Origin: Amphiscolops sp. MND2022
Lineage: Eukaryota
Assembly: GCA_964187785.1 (NCBI GenBank)
Contig: OZ076413.1
Span: forward strand, 43,712,001-43,776,000
Direction of reading: 5' to 3'
DNA: 64,000 bases
Shown here: piece by piece, positions 32,301 to 45,700 of the stretch
How positions within the stretch are numbered: the first letter of the stretch is position 1
Layout of the letters: every line of letters starts with the position of its first letter
Position numbers and translations under genes: made by a program
Notes under the pieces: model-generated
The model's database searches: none
Seen by the model: only the letters and a program-made list of their open reading frames with translations
Told to the model about the DNA's origin: nothing

Positions 32301-33684
32301 GCTATACTCCACCCTGGTGTTCGCCTCCGGCCTATTCGTGGGCGTAGACCAATCCCAACCACTACATAACTCCGATCAGCAGATCTCACGGGAAACGGCA
32401 GGATTCCCCATGCCGCAGCAGATTGCAGATCTCACCCTGGCTGAAGTAGAAGATTTTGTGGCAGCAATGGCTCCTGTCTTGGCCCCTATCTTTGGCGCAG
32501 TGGGCGTGTGCCGGTACCCAACTAAACCATTGGCAACAGCCGTCCAAGTGCACATGGTCTCCTTTAGTACCTACCTGCGGGGCCGGCCCTCACTGACGTA
32601 TCCAAGGGTAATACATGCAGTGCTGAGTGGTGAGGTGCCGCATGGGTACACGACCATAAAATCCGAAAGAGAGTTGGAGGAGAACTTGATGGGCTTGCTG
32701 CGCGCGCGCACCAGGGAAGCATGTCCTCTACCCCGAGAGCATGGACCTGTGAACTGGTATTCCGCACCTCTCAGTTTGGAGGGTGTCCCCTTTAGGTTCC
32801 CCTGGAGTCAAGAGTTCATGAGGAAGGCGATTCGCGCCAGCACTAGTGCTGGTCCACCTGTGGACCCTTTGTACTGCTTCAAATGCATCGCCTTCCCAAA
32901 CAGCTATTGGAAGGAGCCGTTAGGTTGGCCCAGGGCAAAACCCGTTGGACGCGCCCCAGAGGTGTTCAACCGCCAAATCCAACACTTGGAGTCAGCCCAG
33001 ATCCCAGGATGGATTGAAGGCGCTGCTCAGATCAGGCAGAGGAATCTCCAATCCCGCGTTATCCCATTCCCCAGGAAGTCGGCATGGAAGCCTACGGGAA
33101 AGATGACCATGTCTGGAGATATGTCCATCGTCCAGCATGATGAGATAAAATCCGTGTTGGGCTCAACAGAACGAGCGAGATGGGAAGAGTACTGTCTGGA
33201 GTTGGAGATTGCAAGCTTCCCTAAATGGAAGAGAGCTTGCGAGCTCTGGAGCCAATCTGGATGGATCTCACGCCGTGTAGCACTAGCGGTAGAAGGTAGA
33301 GCAGAGATAGCGAGACAACAGGCGTTCGCGCCTACCATGCTCGCACCAACGATGGCGATGTCTTTGGATCGGCCCATCTCTCAACCGATCACCATTAACT
33401 TTCCAACCCATAACTTGGAGCCAGACCCAGTTGGCCCGTCTTCGTCGCGAACGAGCCCTCAGTCCTCGCAGCAGCAGTCCGGAGAGCACACTGCCGAATT
33501 GACTCCCAATGCAGCACTAGTGCAGCCTATTGCCGAGTTGTCGCTCCCCGAAAGTCCGTCGGACTCTGAAACAGTTACCACAGAAGTTTCTACCCGACGT
33601 CGAGCGTCAGTGTTGACTGATAACCCAGAACAGAACCTAGATGATGCCACTAAAGAGCGGACCCGACGCAGTTCAGCTCAATAA
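29378..33684 (+). pseudogene. Element A extra ORF (~1430 codons; stop near 29498, frame change at 31006) with an SGNH-hydrolase-like region
   Basis: CCTAAC branch-like motif and CTTTTTAG acceptor before ATG 29378; lies between pol and the 3' LTR; no signal peptide; MAVDS...VIFANLLD...FVSPP...DLRP pattern. Confidence 0.6.
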
Positions 33685-34442
33685 ACCCAGCCGCTAATGG
33701 GAGCGTTGGCGCTCCCTATACCCAAATAAACTGCCAACAAACAGTGCCTCAAAACTTCTCATCCAGAACGGTGCTACAGTACAAAGTGCAATTTTTGTTC
33801 TTAGTTATGGTTATATAATTAGTGTACCATTAGTGTTGCACTGGGTGTACGGCCAATAGAGTACGCCTGCCCCAGTGGCTTGAGTGACCAAGCAGAAAGA
33901 AAAGAAAACTATTGTTCAAAAAAACTATCATTTTTGTTGCGCACCGTTCGCGGTGTTTTTGAGTTGTCACAATCAAAAGAAGTCTTATCCCTCTTGATTG
34001 CGTTTCTTTCTAGTCTAGTGTTCTTCATCAATCTGGTTGTTCACCGTAAGAGCCCCCAAGCTTTAAAAAAGTTTTTAATCGCCTGAAATGAACTGAAGAC
34101 TTGTAGTCTCAAATGGTAAGGAAAAGAAATTTTAGCTGACTTTGGTCGCAAAAAGGTTTTTACACAAGTTGACTGCCCAAACGAATTTTAACCGGCTGAA
34201 AACTGTAGCTCTCGAGCTGGTGCTAAAACCTCGTTCATGTTTTGTACGAATAGCTAGGCAGTAAGTTCTTCTTTTTTCTCGTAAAAAAACTGCAAAGTCG
34301 ACCAAAAATGTTGCCGAAAAACAAGGACTCGTCCTTGTTCCCCGATGTGTGGATGATGGTTCCCAGCAGTCACTGTGATGCAGTTCCCAGACGATCCAGA
34401 CGCCGCTTGCCAGGGACGACAAGCCAGGAGCCTGGGGAGTGA

Positions 34443-35172
34443 TGTAACGGCAAGCTCTGGTACAGCAACATCAACCGACATGTTTAGAAAATTTTGTCAA
34501 AAATTCGTTCAAATTTGACGTGGCACTCAAACATGCTCAAGACGAAGTACCTGCCAGAAAAAGTACCCCAAAAAAGCAGAAATTGCCGCTCGCGACGAAC
34601 AAGCACCGGAGACGACTACGAAGACGTCCCCAACGCATACAGAACACGGTATTGTGTCAATCTCTAGGAGATATCCATTACTACAGTAAAGGAAACCAGT
34701 GTTCCAGATGTTCGCCTGAGTATCCCTGCGGTATCCTGTGTGGCAACTAGCGCTAGCGCTGGGAACCTGAGGTCAATTCTCATCAAATGACTCTGAACTC
34801 TTGATTTCTTGTTGTATTTTTCGATGTGGTAGATTAATATGCTCGAGGGCTGTTGTTTAACATCTGTTTATTCAATTTGGCGATTTTATCAGATTCTCCA
34901 ATATTACGGTTCAACCTTCATCGATTTTCAGCCCAATTTTTAAAGGCTAGTTGAGCAGTGGTCTTGAGTCTTGCAAGATGCCTGTTACTTTTAGCAGTTA
35001 CAGACCAGGACCAGGCCAGAGAGCGTCCTACAAGACGGTTCCCCCACCTTGGGACTGGCTCCTTCGGAGGGAAAATGAGCTAGGGCCGCGGAGATCTAGG
35101 TCCCAGATTATATTCGCTGTTCTAGTTCCTCCACTCTACGTTGCGGTTCAAGCGCCAGCGCTTATCGTTACA
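34443..35172 (+). repeat. Probable 3' LTR of element A (730 bp)
   Basis: Preceded by purine-rich AGGAGCCTGGGGAGTGA; 7-bp inverted termini TGTAACG/CGTTACA like element C LTRs. The partner LTR is not in the window. Confidence 0.7.
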
Positions 35173-36339
35173 TCTCTTTTACGACTTGATAGATGTAAAA
35201 AAATTACCCGTGCTGAGACTACATCGAATTCCATCCATGGCCATGAATCGTCCAAACTCATCTTTAGCCAGGCTTCATAGAAGCCTTGCTCACTGATGGT
35301 TTCCAGGAATTTTACACCTGGTCATGGATAGAAATCAAAATTTGAAAAAAAAATCTCAAACACGTCCATAACATACAACTGCCAGTCAAAATGCATTGAT
35401 GTACCATGCATGACCATTGAAATAAAATCAAGGAAGGACATTGATTCAACTGAGACCATTTTTTGCAGATTGGTTGAGAACCGTCGAGTCCAAACTTTGC
35501 AGTAAACCATTGACCCTGACGCTAGTTTTGGTCCGAAACCACGGTTCCAATAATCTCTGACTACTCTGGTCCAGCGCTAAGCTCAGAAACGCCATTCCTA
35601 TAAAACTTGTAAACTAAATTGAACACAGCTATTTATCGAGAAGAGTATTGAAAAGCAGAAAAGCAGATCTGTAAAAAATTGCTTGAGTGCAAAAACTTGA
35701 CGAACAAACAACGAAAATCATTTTTGATAGGTTTAGCTTTCATACACATCGAAATATCATGTCAGGATCACAGAAAAGTCCTTTTATAGGAGACATTGTT
35801 TGCCAAATGGAACACAGCTGACACTTAGGGGAGTACTGAAAAGCAGATCCATCGAAAAACTGTAAGAAAAAATCTGTCAAAAAATCACGTCATGACTTCA
35901 AAAATATCTGGTTTTGTGAGTGATTGTACGCCAACTGGAGCACAGCTTACACTAACAAAACTATAAAACTCCTACAAAAATTATTGGAGACGCAACTGTT
36001 TAAAAAACATGAAGAAATTGGAAAATGAGAAAGTGTTTTTTTTCCGGGAACTCTATACAAGACTGTATAAGTGATAAATTCAACCAACGGTCTGTGGAAG
36101 CGTATACATATGAGAAAACTAATTTATTATTTTCCGGCCATATTTCATATGGGAAAGGAAAATATTTGAATCAAACGAAATTACGAAATTTGCCAAGCAC
36201 AAAATTTACATTTACCTTTAAGGTTGTTACCCATAGATTTCAACTCACATAAAATTAGCTTTTTGCGATTTGTATTTGTGGAGATTTCTGGGCTTTTTTA
36301 GTTGACCCCAAGGACCTCAGAACTACCCAAAAACGAAAG

Positions 36340-37300
36340 GTTCAACCAGACAAAACTTCGTTGTCCAGTAGTCGTTTATGAAGAGATAAGCGCGGTTCTT
36401 TCAGTAAGAAAAAGACCGAAAAATGACAAAAAAAAACAAAAAAGTTCCCAATTTTTAACGTTTTCAATGAATTTTTGTCAAATTTTCGACAGACTTCGTG
36501 GATTGAAATGTTGAAAACGCTCAATATGGCACTATTTCGTTGTCCAGTAGGCTTTTCCAAAGAGATAATTTCTGTTTTCCAAATAAAAGAATCGAAATTG
36601 ACACCGAAAATGACAAAAATCCCAAGACTTTCCATTTTTCAAAGTTTTTACGCATTTTCCGTCAACCTTTTAAGACTTCATGGATTGGAATGTTTTGAGG
36701 GGTCAACAAGGAGGAGGTTTGGTTGTCCAGTAGTTGTTTTTGAAGAATTTTGTGCATTTTTCAAAATGGAAAATATCTCCGAAAATGACAACACCGAAAA
36801 TGACAAAAATCCTAAGATTTTCCATTTTTCAAAGATTTTATCCATTTTTTCCAAATTTTCGACAGACTTTGTAAATTGGAACATTGAAAAGGGTCAACAA
36901 GGAAAGAATGTGTTGTCCAGTAGGCTAGGCTTTTCCGAAGAGTTTGTGGCAGTTTTCTAAGTGAAAGTGTCTCAAAATGACACCAAAATTGACAAAAAAC
37001 TCCAAATTTTCCAAAATTTTTAGTTTTTTTGCATTTTTTGTTAAAGTTTCGACAGACTTCGTAGATTAAAATGTTTTAAGGGACCAACAAGGGAAATTTT
37101 TGTTGTCTTGTAGTTTTCAATGAAGAGATAATTACAGTTTTCTCAAAGAAAATGTCCCAAAATTACACCGAAAATAGCAAAAAGTCAAATTTTTCAAATT
37201 TTCAAAGATTTTATGCTTTTTCTTCCAAATTTTGACAGACTGCGTCAATTGGAACGTTGAAAAAATTCAATAAGGAAAGAATGTGTTGTCGAGTATGCTT
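36340..37300. repeat. Diverged ~175-185 bp tandem repeat (about 5-6 units)
   Basis: Recurring TTGTCCAGTAG, ACACCGAAAATGACAAAAA and CGACAGACTTCGT motifs. Confidence 0.7.
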
Positions 37301-38130
37301 AGACAATGTAACAATAAGATATGACGTTCATCGAGTTTACAACAAAGGTGACGAAGTTTCCCAACTTCGTTTGTTTTCGGCAACAGTCCCAATTTTGGAT
37401 GCCTTCTGAAACGTTACGTCAGTCAGAAATATCATAGGCTCAAGATTGAAACGTGTAGCTACCGGTAGGTTTTCGAAAAGATATCAGACAAGTTTTTTTG
37501 CACAACTTCGGAAAACATCACTTGAAATTTCGACCTCATTTGTCAAATTTTTAAAATTTTAAAACCTCCCAGCAAAATCACTGGATTTGGAGTACATCTT
37601 AAAAAAGAAATTATTACGAGCTACTTTGTGGGTTAGAATGGTGTGAGCATTCAACAACAGCTAATCTCGGTGTCCAGTAGGCCTAATTTTGAAGAGACCT
37701 CTGTAGATTCATATTAGAAAAATTGAGTAAAGTTTCTAGAAAAGTCATTTTGGGAGACAAAAAGCTGAAAGGAGGTAATTTCTACAATCAATAAGAAACT
37801 TCGTCAGTTCCATATGATCAAAAGTAACAAAGAAGTCACCCTCAAGACTTAGGAAACTTATTCCCTTTACAGAAAATCTCAAAACCTAAAAAGTGCGAAA
37901 AATGTTTTTCGAAACTTGTTTTCAAAACATTTGATTTGAAATATTCTTTTTTCTCGGTAAGTTGCATAGTGCCGAAAAAACGAAAAGTTTCGAGCTTTCG
38001 CAGAAATATTAATTCAGGTGTTTCCTTTAAAATGGGCTAAGATTAATCAAAGCTTTCTTTTCTTCGACCTTCTTTGTGTTTTTATAGTGCATTGACAATT
38101 CTTGACCCTCAAATTTACGTAGTTGTAGAA

Positions 38131-38410
38131 CAGTTTGGGGCGGAAAATATCTCGCTGCTCAGCGGGCATCTTGTTGAGATAATCGGATACTTTTCTCACC
38201 AGATGCAATGGATCAATCCGAACAGATTCAAAGCACATGATGATTCCACTTAGTCCACGAGTCTGGTAATAAAACATATGCCAGAAATTTGTCAAAAACT
38301 ACAAAAGTATCGCATATAAAAATGCCAGGCACTTAAAGTCACTCAAGAAGACAAACAAGACGCCCGCTAAGCACCGGGATATTTTCCGCCCTGTCCGCCT
38401 TCACCAACTG
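38131..38410. mobile_element. MITE-like element with ~38-bp imperfect inverted repeats
   Basis: GGGCGGAAAATATCTCGCTGCTCAGCGGGCATCTTGTT (38138) versus its near reverse complement ending at 38391; CAGTT/AACTG outer ends. Confidence 0.55.
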
Positions 38411-38424
38411 AGCCATAGCTAATG

Positions 38425-38509
38425 TGGGAGGGGGGAATAGGATCTAAAGAATAAGATCTAAAACTTAGTGATTTTAGATCTTATTCCCTTTAGATATTAT
38501 TCCCTCCCA
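38425..38509. repeat. Short fold-back inverted repeat
   Basis: TGGGAGGG..GAATAAGATCTAAAA / TTTTAGATCTTATTC..CCCTCCCA. Confidence 0.7.
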
Positions 38510-40202
38510 TTCTTACTTTGAGAGACAGAGGACTTGAATTATGTTCATCAAGTCAATAAATAGTGAACTGATCAAAAGATGGAGAATGTGGAGATTTGGC
38601 CTCATTTTGAAAAAAAACGCATCACAGATCATGATCCCCATTTGTATAATGTGGGGTCGGAAAAGAAAAAACCCCCACCCGCCACACAGGATAGTCCTGA
38701 CACATTATCGCAAACATCTAAACAACTTGGAAACTAATTCCGACGTACACTGGCGACCCAAAATCAGAGAAATTGTCCTGGTCCTGAAAATGAGGACACA
38801 ACCGGCGTTGACAGCAGGATCATGGACATTTCGATATTCCATACCTCTGGTAGACTGTTCCACAGATCAAGGACTAACTGAGGCAATAATTCAGTATTTT
38901 GCCAATAGAACTCTATGTTTGTGCTATTTTTCAAGTATTTGGAAATGTATGACCTATCATATCCTGTATTTTCATTATACTTTTAGTAGCTAATAATAAA
39001 ATGTCGTCTAACTAATTGCTTTTTTGGACTCAGGAACTCTCGGGTACCCTGGAAATACGTTTTTGCATGCCTGTTGGTCGTGTTGGTCGGACTTTGAGAA
39101 ATCCAGCATGTCGACACGAAGCTCTAGCGTGCTCTAAAAGAGTGTGCTCGATGCATGAAAGTACACCAGAGACCCTTTTGGGAATAAAAACCAGTGTTTA
39201 GGCTTGTGCATAGACTATGCTCTCGCCTCCAGGCTACCTAAGCAACGTCCCAGCTCTAGCATGTGCTCCTACTATTGAACATAACATAAGAATCTTTCAA
39301 TGTGTTTTTTTTCGCGAACCAGTGCTTCCTTATTCCAAGTTTACAGCAAAAGCAGAAAACACAATTATCAAGAGGCATAGGGACACTTCGATATTTTTGT
39401 ACACCGTTCCAAGGTTCCTCCTAAGAAATCGAACACTTCAAACATCATTTGTTCGAAAAAAGTACTAACGGAATAATCTCTTCTAAAAACATCTGATTTC
39501 AAAACGACTTCATACATATAAGGTTCCAAATAAGCAATTTCATATTAAGTGTTTACAGAGCTTTTTCTTTGTAAAAACTCTATGAAAAAACTCAAAAATT
39601 TGGCATTGTAATAGTTGAAATTTTTAAAAAATGGAAACGGTCCACCCCACTCCGGGCTCTAAAACAGCAACGAGTACATGTAACGTCAATCTCTGTACAT
39701 GAAAGTCACTGGAAAATGTTCATCTAAAGCGAGTGGTTTTAATAATGATCCGAAATGCATCAAAACAATCCTTCTTGTCGGCTGGATTAATTTTCTGTTC
39801 GGTTGTCTGTCGGCTTGACGCACCACTTCCATGGCGACAAGGTAATGGCAAAACAATGTCAAGTTTTTCAAAACTTCTTAGGATCATTATGATTCAATAC
39901 CAACGTATCAGCCTCTACCTTGTGGAATGATGGAGATACCTTTCAACAATAGAGATAGTGTTCTAAACGAGAAGTAGTCCCCAACTTCATACTAAATCTG
40001 AGTTCGGTTTCGGAAAACAACTTCATTAACCGCGCCTGGTTTGAAGCGTACTTTCAATGCTTGGGTTTTTGCACTTCGTTGCTTGAATGGTCCGCCAAAT
40101 TGGTGAATGATATCGAAAAACAATTCATGAAAAACTGAATTTCATGATCGGCAGCTTTCTTGGTTGCTTATAGTTTGATGTCATAGGGCCTGAAAGCACT
40201 TT

Positions 40203-40432
40203 ACTTGAAACCAATTGAATATTGAGTCTAGACATTCACTCGAAGCAGACAATTACACACAAAAAAGTCGGTAATATTACTTCTTCTGAGTCCTTTTCTT
40301 TTTCACCCTGGAAACTGCAGCTTCCAGGGTGAAAAAGAAAAGGACCCAGAAGAAGTAATATTACCGACTTTTTTGTGTGTAATTGTCTGCTTCGAGTGAA
40401 TGTCTAGACTCAATATTCAATTGGTTTCAAGT
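40203..40432. repeat. 230-bp spacerless near-perfect palindrome
   Basis: 115-bp arms centred on CTG|CAG at 40317/40318; two mismatches seen. Confidence 0.95.
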
Positions 40433-40766
40433 GGTTCAAAACAATTAAACTAAGTGACGGCGTTTTTGTCAGACAGAATTTTTTACTGTAAAATTGTTGT
40501 TGTCTGTGAAATTATGCAAGAGAATCACTGATCTCATGTGAAATTCTCAAAAAATGTGACAGTCTATTTTCAGCAGAGTTTGTTCACAGAGTTAGAACGG
40601 GCGCTTCTCAAGAATTTAATATTTTTGTTTGCAAACCTTGGCTTGCTTTTCACCAATGGCCCCTTGAGATTTTTCCGGTTTCAACTTCCAGAAAGACGTT
40701 TTTCTAAACTAAAGTTTCCCATTTTTGGTTTTCCGGGACTTTGCAATTTTTTTCGTTAAAAAATTT

Positions 40767-41488
40767 TGTAACGTCAAGCTAACAGCTACATTCTAGAACT
40801 GGGACAATGCCCAGGTTGCTTGAACAAGAGACCAGTGCCTTACTACAACCTAAACATCAGTTTTTAGTCCCAAAATGGTCTCAGTAGGGACTTTTCCAAA
40901 ACGCCGTGGAGACTCCTCATATTAGAGCTCCGTGGCGACGTGCCGGCACACTCCAAGTCCGGACACGTCCCACAAGCCTGTAAAAACAATTCCTAATGTT
41001 CCTGCGTGCTCCTACATACCTCCGAGGTCCAAAAACAGGGTCTAGCTGAAACACATTTTATTGGGGGAATAAGTTCTAAATCCACCAAAATAGGGATCTA
41101 GTAGATCCACTATCATCGCAAACCTGCTAAACAACATCAAAAACATCTAAATAAACTGAATTTATCACATTCGGGGTTTGTATCCAGTCTTCAGGGTTCT
41201 TTGGGCAACCTTCGAAAAGATACTTCTTTCTTCTGGGTCATTTTCTGGGATAGATGGCACAAAACCGCGTTTTTGTGGCAGTTCTCAGTTCTTCTGGGGT
41301 CTCTGGCACTGTCCTCTGGGATTTCGAGGGTTTTTTCGGGGTTCTCGGGCTTTTTTCGGCTCTTTTTTGTCCTTTTTTGGGGACCTGCTAGGTCGGCCAT
41401 TTTGAATGCTCTTATTTGATATCGCACACTTTTTGAATTTGAACGAAATTTTCAAAAATTGATATAACGACTTTTGCTGGACGTTACA
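40767..41488 (-). repeat. 3' LTR of element C
   Basis: TGTAACGT...ACGTTACA; only one substitution noticed versus 55133-55854. Confidence 0.95.
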
Positions 41489-42763
41489 TCCTCCCCGGGC
41501 CGTAGTTTGTCGTCCTCGGCAAACGAGAGAGAATGATACATACCCAGCGGGTCCTTAGCAACATTGTTTCAATTCTTTACGTTGGATCTTACTACACAAA
41601 ATTTTTACACTATTTTCGAAATATTTTGTTTTTGCAAAAGTCTCCTGCACTGTTTTTGTAGCACTTATTTCTTAACATTCTAGAAGATAAAAATCAATTT
41701 TTCTAAAAACTCTTTCTATTCGTTCCAAGCTAGTTTAAAACTTCTTCTAAGGGGTGGTAATGTACGCGGCATTCCAAAAATTTGCAAGAAAGCATGGTTG
41801 CAAGAATTCCGATTGCAGTTTTTCTTTTATTTCGGGCGGGGAGGCACCAAGTTGGGACCCACCTACCAGGTAGGGTACTACAAAATGCACAATAGCACTT
41901 GAATCGGGTGTAATCAAAGCGTTACAATGCCAAATGAACAGCTCCAATATAGAAACACAGCATATAACACATCAAAGAAAATCATCGAGAGTCCATTCAG
42001 TCCATTGTGTTCTGGTGCTTGTTTGGGATCCATTTCAGGTACTGCGCCCATCTTGAATTCTAGGAGTTCACTCATCATCTACTCAAGTGTATGAAGTGCA
42101 GAACCAACATTTCTGAAGCCAACAACCATGTGGCTGGGACATATAACGCTATTCAGATTACAAATACGTGATAGTTTCTGGAACCGGTTCCGTATTGGGT
42201 GCTTCGTACCAATCACAGACTGAATCAATCGTTTGGAATCTGGTGGTTCGAACACCACTAAATTTGACTTTATATTCGTCTTCTGTCATGCACGGCTTCA
42301 CCATTCCATAGTTGATAACAGCAGTTGGTCGACGGTGATCTGAGGACTACTATATCAGTTTCTTGTCGTTGTCAGTTGGATCCACATTGCTCGGGATGCT
42401 GCATGGTAGCTCTCTCAACCAAGTGAAAGATTATTGCACTGTGTACAAACAAGAAACAATAGCATACTGCGTTAGTGTGTAGCACCTGGGGTATAATCTC
42501 AGGAAGTTGCGGGGATGTAACTGGGATTTGTGATCTGATACCGCGTAGGTTCAGCGAAATAGGACACGACTGTAAAACAAGCGGCAGTTGTAGATTAAGA
42601 CCTTTTTTGAATTGGAGCGAAATACAATATGATCAGACACAGACGAGACAGATAGTAAAACAATCCGTATTAAGAACCAGTTCGCCAATTAGTTAAAACG
42701 ACACATAAGTTTAAAAGAAGGCAAGTGGCCTTTCGAATGGCTATTTCTGAGTGCTACAGGCTT

Positions 42764-45700
42764 TCAATCAAGCTTGTGCTTTACGTGGCTAGGGTGTGCT
42801 TTGACTGATGCAATCGACACATACACCCTGTCATGGAGAACTATGTCAACGTCTGAGTCAATGAAGTGATCTCTCAACATAGAATACCAAGCTGGTAGTA
42901 TGTTGAATGACCTTTCAGGATCATAGATAGGAAGGTGAACTCGGGTAATTTGAGCTTGGGCGAGCTTCTGCACCAGATCTGTCAGGCACAGATGTAGCAC
43001 ATCATGTAACGTGGGATGTTTGTTGGAGGCTCTTGTGAATAGTAGAAACATGTCGTTATTCCATGGCGCATCTGGTGATTTGGCGAGGTGTATGGCTTTT
43101 CCTACGGCTGGTCGTAGTTTGAAAATCTCTTCTTGGCCATATTCCCTGATGACGTAACGCGCCATTGCTGAGTATGACAGAAGATCAACCGGACAGCATA
43201 TCACCACAGTACCACGTGCTTGCAGTATATCGGTTTCATCGTAGGATATCCATGGTAGATAGTTCGGCTTGACTTTCGGGTGCGTTGTCAACAGTTTTCC
43301 CGTGACGGTGCTTTGATTGTCTTGACTTGGTTTGAGATGATCTAGAATGGCTTTACGGTCTTGCCACACTGTTCTGCGCAAAGGCCTGTCTCCCAAATTC
43401 GTGCAAGACCAATCATGAACTACGGAGAGTGCTTCTAGCACGGTCACTGGGTTCTCAAACGTATACGTGTGCTTGTCCAGCAGGCGTATTTTGGATTGGC
43501 GACAGAAAGTGATAGCTAGTAGCTGTAACCAATGTTGACTAAGGAATTTCCCGCGATAGATATCTGCTAGATGAAAACAAAGTGTGTCCTCGAACTCTAC
43601 AAGTGTACGCAAGTTCTCTAGACAAATCAATAGCGTTCCTGGGTTCACTGGTGATGTTTCGTCCAAGGAGGTGACTAATAGCCACCAACCAGCCGTTGGG
43701 TGATACACATCTCCAGGGGGGGAGGTCACACCGTATTGTTGCCATAGCTTTTGCGCGGTGATACAGCGTACCATTGCTACTTTCGTGTCTTCTGGCTCTA
43801 TTTTTCCAAACACCATCGATGGTGGGAGCGGGGGAATGATAGCCGCCAACGTAAACTCTAATCCGCTCTTGTCGTGCCACGTCCACTCCTTGAACCGGTA
43901 GGTGGGACAGTCTGAGGGCGGTGTTCCTTGCATGGCCTTTAGCGTGGTTTCCAATGGTGGGACCACACCTGGTCCAATGCTCGAGTACGTCTTTTCTATT
44001 GAAATTACAACATGATGTACTTGTGGAACATCCTGGTCCTTTGCGTGTATGGACCTGATCGTATGTTGTATATGGTCTTCGAATATTTCGATGTCGGCTA
44101 AGTCAAGAGCAGGAGCGTCCACTCCCCGGGCCAATCGCTTGTCCGGTGTTCTCACTTCAACTAGGTTGACGCAACTACAGTTGCGGGAACCACAGGTTCC
44201 ACACCTGTATCGTGGTGCTCTGTTACGTCGTAGCTGATAAGGTGGGGCTTGTGAAGGGGTTGGTTGCTCCGCTTCTCGTTGCTCTGGCGATATGCTTTCC
44301 GCTATGTTGGGTAATGTCATTGCACGTTCCAAAGTTTGAGACTGAGCTCTGGCTCTTACTCGGCCTCTCGCTCGCGTGTAAGGTCTGTGCGCTCCTGTAA
44401 GTGTTCTGCTTGATGAAGTGGTACTTCCTCTTCTACGACCTGGAGGTCTGCCTCTTGGTCTGCCTCTTCTAGTTGCAGTTCTCCCTGATGAGGGTAACGT
44501 TTCCATGCTTTGACCGGGTTCTTGAATTTCTCTGTCAGTTCCTTCTTGGGGTTCGGCTTCCTCGGCAAGTTCTAGTCCTACCGAGCTACCAGCTCGAGAA
44601 CTGAACAGTGGAAAATTACTCAATGTATCGGTTAAAGCCGAGTTCGAAAGCAATGGTGCGGACGTTCCTGACGGTGAAGGTACCAAGCTTGGTGCTGGTT
44701 CAGGTAAGACTTCCTCTTGATCGGAATATAGCGGTTCTAGGTCATCAATATCAGGATGAATCATTGGTTGCTGTGGTTCTTCGATGGGTTGATCCATTGG
44801 TTCTCTGTCAGATTCCGACTCAGACGGATATCCAAAGTGACTGAATCGTCTACGTGGGATTCCTCGTTCCAGAGCGGACTGAGTACGTGTCTGAATCGTG
44901 CGCGGTGGGACAGGCGCGGTTGGTTCCATTTCGAACGATGCCTCCGGCAGTTGTTCTGGAAGAAATGAGTCTTGTGATATATCTGACGTTATCTCCTCAT
45001 TGCTTTCTTCCACGTATGGATCTGCGACGATGGCTACATTCTGGTCTAACCCGAAGGGTTGATGTGCTGCCCAATCCCATGGCGCTGGCACATGCTTCTT
45101 CAGACGCTCAAAATGAACCTTTTGACCTGTATCCAAAACGTACAATCTTCCATCTTGTAACACATCCGTGACCTTGTGAGGTCCACGCCAGGCACGAAGA
45201 AGTTTGCGGGTACCGCCCTTGGGGATTATGTGGCAAAAAACCCAAACGGCATCACCCACGGCGTGAGCTTTTGCTTTCAAATGCCTGTCAAACTTCTGTT
45301 TTTGTCGTATTTGCGCCTGATGAGTGTTTCGGCGAACAAGCTCGTGGATTTCTTGTTGTCTGGCAAGTAGGTGCTCTACAAATTCTTCTTTTGATTCGAA
45401 CTCTCGCGCTGCGAATTCTGGGTATATAAACGAGAGCGGAATGGATTTTTCTGCGCCATGTTGGAGCATATACGGGGAAAATCCGGTTGTTGCATGTCTA
45501 GTCGAATTGTAGGCACCCAAGACTCCGTCTATGTGCTCATCCCAGTCAAGCATTCTGCGAGACGTGTAGACTCGGAGCAAGGTCAGTAACGTTCGGTTCT
45601 GGCGTTCCACTAAACCATTGCCTCTCGGATGAGCTGGAGTAGACGTTACCTTGGTCACTTGCGAAGCTTTCATCAATTCTTGAGCAATTTCGGCAGTGAA

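Larger units (their letters stand above)
1..35172 (+). mobile_element. Ty3/Gypsy LTR retrotransposon A (defective, 5' LTR outside window, interrupted by element B)
   Basis: Gag-PR-RT-RNaseH-IN order. The pol frame resumes at 27526 after removing element B and one TSD copy. Purine-rich tract followed by a TGTAACG...CGTTACA segment at 34443-35172. Confidence 0.85.

Noticed and set aside
35173..40200. Host protein-coding exons in short ORFs
   Set aside because: AT-rich repeat-derived sequence with no recognisable domains or coherent exon chain.
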